In this document: positions 52,567 through 64,000 of the stretch, piece after piece
Layout: every line of letters starts with the position of its first letter
How positions within the stretch are numbered: position 1 is the first letter of the stretch
DNA from: Basidiobolus meristosporus CBS 931.73
Lineage: Eukaryota > Fungi > Basidiobolomycota
Assembly: GCA_002104905.1 (NCBI GenBank)
Contig: MCFE01000506.1
Location: forward strand, 1,221 to 65,220
Length of the DNA: 64,000 nucleotides
Reading direction: 5' to 3'
Program-made: the position numbers and the translations under genes
The notes under the pieces: generated by a model
Databases searched by the model: none
What the model saw: the letters and a program-made list of their open reading frames with translations, nothing else
What the model was told of the DNA's origin: nothing

Positions 52567-54526
52567 GCAAACAAAGAAAGGTGATTCTACAGTGGAATAT
52601 ATGAATTGCACAAGGGGAGGTAGAAAAAGGAAATACCATTTGGTAAATTGGTATGGTAGCATTATACAGAACCAGCAGTAGGCCGTCATACTGCCAATAT
52701 AATGACATCAGAGTCTTGCTGTGAGGCCATTGAAATACTGTCAGGTTTCTTGCCATATAAGGCAATTGGATGTCCTGGCTGACTGGATCCACTTAAAATA
52801 GTTATAGAGTGCTGAAAGACAGCAACAATACCATGCAAATATTGTCACAGCACCAATAAAATATTGTCAAGTTTTATCACTTTATTTGGCTGTAAAGTTA
52901 GCAAAACACTGTCATGATCTCATCATAAGATTGTTAAGAGGGTCACTAATTCCAAGCTGCTGTTATTATGACAGTCTCTAAACAGGATCTTAATGGCTGA
53001 TCCAGACCGGATCTACCTGTGGGACCAAATTATTTTTCATAGGGTTAATAGCCAATATTAGTCTGATGAAATTAAACTTGACTACCAGTACAAAGGTCTT
53101 GGTATAGTCAAGTCCTCTTGTTTGAGAGTATCCTTTGGCCACAAGTCTTGCTTTGTATCCTTCAAATGAACCATAAGCCATGTATTTCTTCTTGAAGACC
53201 CATCTGCATTCAGTTGATTTTAGGTAGATTGGTAACTTGACAAAGCCCCAAGTTTGATTTTCCATCAGGGCATGATACTCCTCAGTTGTTGCAGATCTCC
53301 AAAACTTTGTCTAAGAGCTATTTGGGCCTCTTTTACAGTATGTGATTCATCTATATATACTGAATAGGCATAGTCTAACTTTGTACACTCATTGATATGG
53401 TAATTTGGACTACTTCTGGTGTAGTTGGATCTCCTGGTTTGAGATACTAGAATGATCACCTCTGGGATATTCCTGGCCACTGATTTGGGCTGAACCATGG
53501 TTTCAGAGTCCCCTGGAGTGAAAAAATTCTCATTGTTTTGCTCTGATTCAATCATGACAATGGGTGGACTTGTGATGAGATTTTTTATCAGCATTAGATG
53601 TCATTTTTTGTGTAAATTTCAAATTTTTATCAAACAACACATCCCTGGACTTGATCAGCTTCTTTTTTTGGTATTGTAGAGTCTTTATGTCTTACTTTCA
53701 TTGCAGTGACCCAAAAATATGCATATTACACTTTTTGGCATTTACTTTGATTGATATCTGAGCCGTTTCTTGGTATATACAGTGCACCCAAGTATTCTTA
53801 GATGCACTGTACTTGGTTGCATCCATACCATGCCTCAAATGGAGTAGAATCACAAAGTATTCTGTGATTACTTCTATTTTTAAGGCACACAGCTGCATCA
53901 ACTGATTCTGTCCAAAAATCATAGCACTATTTTTGATCACAGATCATAGACCCTGCCATATCAGTTATTGATCTGTTTGCATATTCTGCTACTCCATTTT
54001 GCTGTGGAGTGTGTGGTACAGTAGCCTCTTGCTTATCCTATAAACCTTGCAGAGGCAAATGAAGAGTTTTGCGGTATATTCTCCACTATTGTCAGAGTTT
54101 GCTTTCTTGATTTTTTCACCAATTCCTCTCTCTGCCATGGCTTGAAGCTCCCTGAGCTTAGACAGAGCTTCTTCCTTTCTTTCCATGGAGTAGACCCATG
54201 TGTATCTTGTATAATCATCAAAGAAAGTGATTGAATACTTCATCCCACTAATAGCTATTCAGGATGGCAACTATCACATCTTCATTAGTAGTTGGTATGC
54301 CTGCAGATCCTGTCTCATCCACCAGCAGGGAAATTCTGCTAATTGAATTTTCTTTTTTTTCTCCTGGCAGCATCTCTGTAGTTAAGAATTTTTGTATGAT
54401 ACATTTTCTTAGCTGATGAACATGACTGATATGTGTCTTCTAATGCCTTCCAAGCATACATTGCTGCTTTTACTCTAGAGCATGGAATTAGCAATTGGTC
54501 TTTGACATTAAAGCAAATGCATTTAA

Positions 54527-54876
54527 TGTTATAAGAGTCATGGAGATATTGGAAGTGATTTGGGAGAACAAGTTGATTATGTGGCTTTCACTTAATGATT
54601 TATTGAATGTATAAGTAGTATTTATACTTTTTCATGATCTTGGCATAACCAACACATGGAATAGGTTAAGGAAGGTTTGAAGAACATGTGTGCAAAGTTT
54701 GGGGCTGTTTGCACAACTTTGAGAATTTTCATGTTCTGGGTACCTGGTATTTTGGTGAGAATATTACAAGTAAATCCCAACAAGGAATTTGATCAGTATT
54801 CTCTAGGATATGAAGGTAATGATCTAAGTGACTAAGTTAGGTGAATATCTAGGTGGAAATACAAATTTTTACAACA
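54527..54876 (-). mobile_element. Solo LTR-B inserted in the gag of a family-B element
   Basis: TGTTATAA...TTACAACA, TSD TTTAA/GTTAA (one mismatch). Empty site at ~15408. Confidence 0.88.
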
Positions 54877-55109
54877 GTTAAAGGCTCTTTGTTCTTTCTT
54901 CTGGTACTTTAAAGCTTCCTCTCCAATGTTTATATGAGGGTGCTATTGTCCCTTGACAATATCCCAAAGGCCTCTTTCTTGTAGCAGCATCTTCATCTTC
55001 ACCTTCTACACTTGGGAGTTGGATCCATCCAACCTTCCAGCAGAGGGGAACGTTCCAGTAATAGCAGTAGTAGACATTGCCAAGAATAACAGCTTGGGAC
55101 TCATAACCT

Positions 55110-55950
55110 ATTGTAATAGTCTTGGAGTTATTGGAAGTGATTGAGAGAATGAGTAGATTATGTTGTTTTCACTTAATGATTTATGGCATACAAAAGTAGT
55201 ATTTATACTTCTACATGGTCTTGGCAAGATAAGCACATAGAATAGGCCTGGGAAGGTCCCAAGAGCATGTGTGCAAAGTTTGCAGTTGTTTGGATGACTT
55301 GTCTAACTTTTGTATTCTGGGTACCTGATATTAGTTGTAAGAGTCTTGGAGATTTTGGAAATGATTGGGAGGACAAGTAGATTATGTGGTTTTCACTTAA
55401 TGATTTATTAAATGTAAAAGTAATATTTATACTTTTACATGGTCTTGGTAGAACAAACATGTAGAGTAGGCTAAGGAAGGTTCCAAGAGCATGTGTCCAA
55501 AGTTTGGGGCTGTTTGCACAACTTTGAGAATTTTCACGTTCTGGGTAACTATTCTAAGTAAATCCCAACAAGGAATTTGGTCAGTATTCTCTAGTATTTG
55601 AAGGTAATGATCTAAGGGACTAAGTTAGGTGAATATTTAGGTGGAATTGCAAATTTTTACAACAACATTCTGGTGAAAATATCCAGGTAAATCCCAACAA
55701 GGAATTTGGTCAGTATTCTATAGAACTTGTAGGTAATAAGCTAAGTGACTAAGTTAGGTGAATATCTAGATGGAGTTACAAATTTTCACAACATGGACAA
55801 CTCTGAGAGTTAGCATGTTTGGGTACCTGATATTTTGGTGAAAATATTCCAAGTAAATCTCAACAAGGAATTTGGTCAGTATTCTCTAAGATTTGTAGTT
55901 TATGATATAAGTGACCAAGTTAGCTGAATATTTAGGTGGAATTGCAAAGT
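55110..55950 (-). repeat. Nested cluster of three LTR-B copies
   Basis: LTR1 (55110-55332 plus 55665-55793) is split by LTR2 (55333-55664; TSD ATATT/ACATT), then a partial LTR3 follows (55794-~55950). Confidence 0.82.
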
Positions 55951-56039
55951 TTTAGTGTAATTACACAAATAATCAGAGTATTGGCTGGTTAGGTTCTGTC
56001 AAATACATGTAGGCTACATTAGGACTGCTTTAATGCCAT

Positions 56040-56248
56040 ATAAACCCTGCAATAAGGCTGTCAAAACACCATCAAGTTTTGTACTATATTTGGCAGCCAA
56101 GGCAGCAAAGCACCATCATGGTCCCACTATGACATTGTGAAGAGGGTCAACAATTCTAAGCTGCGGGCATTACTACAGCCTCCTTGCAGGATCCTGATGG
56201 TAGATCCAGATTGGATCCAACCACAGGACCAAAATATTTTTCATAGGG
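56040..56248 (+). mobile_element. CACTA right-terminus fragment, followed by a short LTR-B remnant (~56277-56345)
   Basis: Ends GGACCAAAATATTTTTCATAGGG, matching 53020-53044. Confidence 0.75.
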
Positions 56249-57390
56249 ATTAACACCACTTTTGCATTCACCCAATCATTAAGTGAAAACTGTGTAATCC
56301 ACTTGTTCCCCCAATCTCATCTAATATCTTCAAAACTCTTACAAAATGGACTAGATTAAGAATCTTGGTCACTGCTGTATTTGACTTTAACATTAATCCT
56401 ATATAAGCTAAATCAAAAGTCACTAGTTGCTAATCTAGTATCTGGTTAAGCAGAAATATTGGGTGCAAGGGCAATACAGATGTTAAACTAGACAGGGCTA
56501 ACAAAAGGTACAAGGCGGATTTTTAAGAGCCCCAAACACTCGATGATTATTAGAGCATATTTAGGCTCAAAGCTTATACTGCTTTGACACATTTGAAAGA
56601 GTATAAACCATGCTGCGTGCGATATGATTTGCAATTGGTAGAAGCAAACCCAAGCATCATTGTGATTTGATCAAGAATTGTGGTATGGATAGTATGAAGG
56701 AGATCGAACTCGACCTGAACTAGTAACAAATAAACGAGCATTGAAATTGTGTAATACGAGCATTTAGATGTAAATCCTGGAGCGAAATAGGATAATTTTG
56801 GGCTGATCTACTCTACTCGCAATCAACGAAGAGAAGCTTCTATATGCGATTGACATGGGGGAATTGGGGCGCAATACGGATTTCACACGCTCTCTACTTG
56901 AAGCAGAAAGGCAGTCACGTATGACTTCTGGGCGATGGAGTGATCTCTCTACATTGATGGGTGGGGCACTCTAGTAGTACGTTGTATTCATCAAACATAA
57001 TGAGCTGAACGATTGTGCCGTCTAGCCAAGAGCGAAATCCGATGATAACTAGGGATCGGCATTCATCACTGACGTCTGTGGCATTACCAAAAGCGGGTAG
57101 TCGAACTTAATAAACGGTGGATGTTACGATGTGGGACTGGATATGGAATAACCTGATGACGCAGTTCTTCCAGATCCATTGTCTCTCGAGCAAACAGGTG
57201 AATCATAGAGCTAATTAGACTGGCAGCAGGCTGTGGATCATTGGAATTTTGAATACCAAAAGCAAGGTGCACAGCGTACCTTGGGCATCCATCGTTTTTT
57301 TTCCTGATCCAATTTTATGACTGGTGGACACCGCATATAAAGATCACGCGTGGTGCGTCTTGATGCAAGATAAACTCTCTTCAACCCAAT

Positions 57391-59685
<2,295 letters not shown>

Positions 59686-60130
59686 AGAAACAGGTAGTGC
59701 GAAGAGATGGATGCCCGAAAAACGCCTAGCCACCATCCCCCCCCCGAAAAAAAATCACTGGTAAAGGTGAGATCTGCCCGTACTTCTTCATCTGTACATA
59801 GATCGGACTTTTCCCATTCCAACCTACCCATAACCCATGCATTCAGTGCTCTTCTTGTACAAACCAAACCGCGATATAAGGATATTTTTGAATTGCAACT
59901 AATCACACAAACGTCGAAGTTGATGTAATTTATGTAGTAACTGGAATAAAATACGGTTCATGCCGAGTGTTAGTACGTCATGGGGGCCGGGTCGAGGGTG
60001 AGGGTGAGGACGAGGATGAGGACGAGATTCATGAATAAAAAATTTGTCTCCCGAAATCTATTTATCCAACCACCATACTGAAACCAGTCCTACGCTTCAG
60101 TAATCATACGATAAGCTACCACCGCCCAAC

Positions 60131-61364
60131 ATGAACCAGTGCACGAAGAGATTATTGGTCGTTGGTGGGACCGGCTTCTTAGGTGGGGTTCAGTATTAGC
60201 TACGGTGACCAAACGCTTTCCTCAAGTGAGACTCACGACGGTTGACTTGACTGAATTGCATAGGCCTAAATATCTGCCGTTCCGCCACCCTTAGGGGCTG
60301 GAAAGTGACCAGTTTGAGGTGGGTTTCTGTTTCGTCTCGAGAGTCGGCAGCCTCGCAAGCCACTAAGCCCGCTTGGTTTCTTTAGTCGCAGCGGAAAGCT
60401 CAAGCAGGAGAAGGAAGAGCCGACGCCCGAATGGGTCAGCAAGGTGAGAGGTTTCGGCTCGCCCCATTCCCCGCACCAGCTCGGTGGCCAACGTTTCTCC
60501 GACAGGTAGATTGGGCTCAAGGGGATTCCCTTCAACCCGAGAGCTACAGGGACCTCTTGAAGGATTGCACCAGTGTGGTTCACACGGTTGGTATCCTGAT
60601 GGAGAACAATTACAAGAACATCGTCCGAAGCAACAACCCACTCGCCGCCTTGATGAACAACCTGGTCGACTGTAACAAGCAAGAGGCGAACCCATTCAAG
60701 CGCTCTAGCACACCCACCCGACAGAGCACCTCTCCCGACACCAACACCTACGAGCGAATGAACCGGGACACAGGTACGTTCTCTCCCCCTCTTCTCGACC
60801 ACTAGTCGCAGTGTTCCGTCGCCCTTGCTGACCCCCTCTAACCGCCTAGCTGTCATGCTTGCCAACGAGGCAGCCATGCACGACAACATCCAAACGTTCG
60901 CCTACATCTCGGCCGCCGATGTCTTCCCCTTCATCGACAAGAGATACATCTCCACCAAACGCGACGCCGAAGCGGAGATCCAGGCACACCCGGAGTTTCG
61001 ATCGATCATCCTCCGACCTGGTAAGTAGATCCAGCACGATAGGCGAGCACTTCCTGTCAAGGACCCCTCCTTTCTCCTGAACCTGAACCTGAACCTGACC
61101 CCGATCCTCTGACCACCAGGATTCATGTACTCCGATCACCGACCATTCACTGTCCCATTCGCGGGCGCGTTGGGTTTGTTTGGTCAATTCACGAAGAACC
61201 TCCGAGAGGACGTGGACTACGGCCTGCTCACCTCCCACCTGAAGAAGCTGGGGACCAGCCCGCTGCGTGTGGAGACTGTCTCCGAGGCGGTAGTGACCGC
61301 GTTGGAGAGACCTACGGTGAAGGGGGTGTTGAATGTACCCGAGATCCTCGAACTCTCCCAATGA
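60131..61364 (+). CDS. COQ11: Coq11-like atypical short-chain dehydrogenase/reductase, 6 exons
   Basis: Exons 60131-60182, 60264-60318, 60386-60443, 60506-60773, 60850-61020 and 61120-61364. Motifs VVGGTGFLG, SRSG, VVHTVGILMENNYK, YERMNRD, YISA, TKRDAE and RPGFMY match yeast Coq11 as I recall it. Confidence 0.85.
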
Positions 61365-61530
61365 ATAGAATAAAGGCAGCATCCAAGCATGGATCGGATT
61401 GGATTGAACTGGCTAGGATATGGACACACAGATAGCGTGTGGGACGGTGGCGTGATGGTCAAGGTCAAGGTCAAGGGTTAAGGTTACGAATATGAATGGA
61501 TATGATTTATTCCAGATTGAATCACAAAAT

Positions 61531-64000
61531 TTACATCAACGTGCCAACGCCAGCGCTTTGGAGGTAACTACTAAGGGCACTCATCGAATCCTTGGGCAGT
61601 CCCTGTTGGATCGCGGTGGAGATTCGATTGGGGTTGGCTTGACAAACGGTGGCCAGGCATTGGCTGAGGTAGGCCTTGGGGTCTTGGATGTGGGATGCGG
61701 GGTCGTAGGTCATTTGCTTCGATGTGGCAAGGCGGGAGAAAGAGGCCTGGTAGCCGGTCTCCTCGAGATCGATCGCGTAGAGCTCCTCGTTCTCGTCCCC
61801 AGCCACCTCTTGGGGCGATTGCAGGATCTGGATGATCACGTCCAACACGATGGTCCATTGGCTGAAGTAGGGATCCTTCAGCATGGCGGTGGACTGGGTG
61901 AGCAGACGGATCATCGCCACCGCGGCTACCTTGCGCTCCACCAACCCGTGGATGGTCTGGGTCTCGGGGACGACGAAGGACTTGACGATCTCGAAGAAGA
62001 GGCCGGGCTGGATGGAGTCGAAGAGCTCGAAGATCGAGTTGGCCGAGCCTTGTGGGTCCACCACCACGATGTAGGAGCAGATGAAGTACACGAATCCCTT
62101 GGTGAACTTGGGGGTTCTGCTGCTTTGGAGACGGGTCAACAGCAGGGTGATCACCGCCTTCAGGTAGGGGTTCAAGGTGGCGATGGGGACGTTGCGGACA
62201 AGGGCGTTGAGGATGTCGAACCCGTGGGTGTCATTGAGTTTCGAGGCGATCAGCTTCTGGAAGATTCCCAGAATGGGGGTCAGCTGGTTCTGCTCCACGA
62301 TGAACTTGGCGCCCTTGTTGAGGTACGATTGGATCAACCGGGACAGCGCAGGGATGTTTCCTTGCTGCTCCCACAATGTGGGCTGCAACAAAGGAGTGAG
62401 CATGGATTGGTAGGAGGCGGGGAGCTCCGATTCCTGGTGGGTTTCCAGCATTTGGGACAACAGCTGGAATACGTATGGGGTGAACTCGGTGACGTCCTGC
62501 TGCAAGATACCCTGGAATGGAGTGAAGAGCAACGACTCGAAGTCTCCGATGGCTGCTGGGTTGGCACTGCAGGTGAATCGGATCAATGCGCCAACCGATT
62601 CGAAGACGTAGTGGTTGAAGCGGGGGTTGCTGGGGTTTCTGCTGATGACGCTCAAGATGTTGGTCAGCTTGTTGAGAACAACACTGACGTAGGGAACGAT
62701 CTCCTCACGGCTAATCAAGATCACTCTCATCACTGCCTTCATGAGGTGATCGTTCTCGGCCAGCTTCTCGGGTGTGGCTCCCTGCTCAATTAGCTTGAAC
62801 AGGTTGGTCAAGATACCCTCCACGTAAGGCTGGATATCCTTGGCGTTGAAGAGAATGGCGCGTTCTTTCTTCATGAAAAGAATACGCTCCAAGCAGATGG
62901 ATGCGTAGGTATACACGACATAGTTGTCAGAGCCCAAGTGGGTGACCAGCAGAGGGAAGCAGTTGACCAGGTCATTCTTGTTCATCTGGTTTCTGAAGGT
63001 GTACAGGTATTTGAGGGCGTCTACCTTGAGAATAGGGTGGACGGAGCCAAATGGTGCTTGGAGATCCTTGAGCACGTTGTTGGCGAAGAATTCCACAACG
63101 TTGATGAAGTCATTGGTCTTGGTGACACCGTGCTGAGTGCTTGCGTTCTTCGAAGCGATGGAGATCAGAAGATAGACGGCGGTGTCTTTGTCTTTCCAGT
63201 TGGCGGTGGGGTTGGCGTTATAGTTTTGAAGGTAGTGTGAGATGTAGTTGGACATGGTGGAGGTGATTTCACTCTCGAATTGCTCCAAGAGACCACGCAC
63301 GAGATCGGATGCAGCACGACGACGGTGTCGTTGTCTGAACCCTCAAGATCTCTACGGATGAACTCGTTTGGATCATCCTCGAAGAGCTCTTCATCGGAGG
63401 TACGAAGGGACATGTTGGGAAGAATGATCTTCTCACACATGTTCTTGAGTGTATCGCCAACCAGGAATAGATTTCTGTGTCTTTGGAGCTTGGCGATGGT
63501 AGTGATCACGGAGATGGCCTTGCTGACAAGTAGATCATTCTTAGGGTCCAAGTTGGTGACGGTGAGAAGGGACCATACGGTCTCGACGAACTTGGGAAGC
63601 ATGGGGAAGTCTTCCTCGTATCTTTGAGCGTAGAGCTCAACGCTCTCGCATATGCTGGCCTTGATTTTCTCCAGTGGTCCGGCCTCATCTTCATCGTCAG
63701 ATTCCAATAGTGGGTTGGTGTAGGTTAAATATTTGTGGAGAAGACCCATGAATTCAGACATGTGGTCTTCAAAGAACACTGGCAAATCTTGGCAATTGAG
63801 ACTGTAGAAGATCTTCACCAACAACAACATGGTTTGTGCAAGGACCTTGAGGGCTTCGCCGTTGTTGGCATTGCTTTCTATCATAGCATCGGTAGCCTGA
63901 AGGGAATAGGTTTAGAGTGGAGCGAAGATGTGCATACAGCAAACGGGATCTTACTTTGAAGAGCTGGAGATAAGGCTCGCAGAATTGGTCCAAGACGAAC
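61531..64000 (-). CDS. CSE1: Exportin-2 / Cse1 (5' part outside window; apparent 1-nt frameshift at ~63324)
   Basis: LNCQDLP, EELFEDDPNEFIRRDLEGSD, NWKDKDTAVYL, NPSNPRFNHYVFE, GYQASFSRL. Intron 63897-63954 (GTAAG...CAG on minus). ORFs 63165-63884 and 61531-63300 join only if one C is added. Confidence 0.92.

Larger units (their letters stand above)
46528..53044 (+). mobile_element. CACTA/CMC copy D (best-preserved copy)
   Basis: TIRs CCCTATGATAAA (46528) and TTTTTCATAGGG (53044). Flanking ATA/TTA (3-bp TSD, one mismatch). The flanks rejoin a copia RT frame. Confidence 0.92.
46125..55793 (-). mobile_element. Degenerate copia family B element, interrupted by CACTA copy D and two solo LTRs; 3' end missing
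   Basis: 5' LTR 55110-55793 (split), PBS GGTTATGAGTCCC at ~55097-55109, gag ~54350-55090, integrase 53600-54240, RT 53045-53265 ([12 protein letters not shown]) continuing at 46527-46125 (HQMDVK, LKQSP). Confidence 0.82.

Noticed and set aside
352-56000. The many 60-130 aa ORFs in the TE block as independent genes
   Set aside because: They are frameshifted pieces or antisense/alternative frames of decayed TE ORFs.
1-56450. CRISPR-like or satellite array, telomeric repeats, rRNA/tRNA genes, captured host genes
   Set aside because: All repeats resolve into LTRs, TIR elements or their fragments; I saw no spacer-repeat periodicity, RNA-gene fold or host-gene motif.
56700-56711. B-box/tRNA-like GAGTTCGATCTC (minus strand) near the boundary
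   Set aside because: It mismatches the B-box consensus and has no cloverleaf or A-box; not supportable as a tRNA or TFIIIC site.
61070-61100. (CCTGAA)n repeat in COQ11 intron 5; also GTCAAG repeats at ~61457-61480 and GAG-rich repeats at ~59990-60025
   Set aside because: Short, ordinary microsatellite-like runs of 3-5 units.
60266-61382. Minus-strand ORFs of 207 and 178 aa, and other overlapping ORFs
   Set aside because: Antisense or alternative-frame to the spliced COQ11-like gene; explained by GC-rich coding sequence.
61492-62793. 433-aa plus-strand ORF
   Set aside because: Antisense shadow of CSE1 arising from its GC-rich codon bias; no recognisable motifs.

Overview
Eukaryotic, most likely fungal, DNA in two sharply different zones. 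Zone 1 (1 to ~56,450) is an AT-rich, almost CpG-free block made nearly entirely of nested transposable elements. These are: (a) a CACTA/CMC-type DNA transposon family with CCCTATGAAAAA termini, 3-bp TSDs and two head-to-head ORFs, with at least four two-ended copies plus fragments; (b) a PIF/Harbinger-superfamily (PHIS, Pangu-like) element with AGACTTG termini and AWT TSDs, plus its 733-bp foldback MITEs and a 181-bp MITE; (c) a full-length Ty1/copia with identical 369-bp LTRs and a half-tRNA(iMet) PBS; (d) a second, older copia family with many solo or nested LTRs; (e) a full-length Ty3/gypsy with a 4-bp TSD, plus older gypsy remnants. No TE copy has an intact coding region. Zone 2 (~56,500-64,000) is CpG-rich and holds three intron-containing housekeeping genes: DED1/DDX3 helicase, a COQ11-like atypical SDR, and CSE1/exportin-2 (5' end outside the window, with an apparent 1-nt frameshift). 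All coordinates and comparisons were read by eye. Family names rest on recognised motifs, not database searches.
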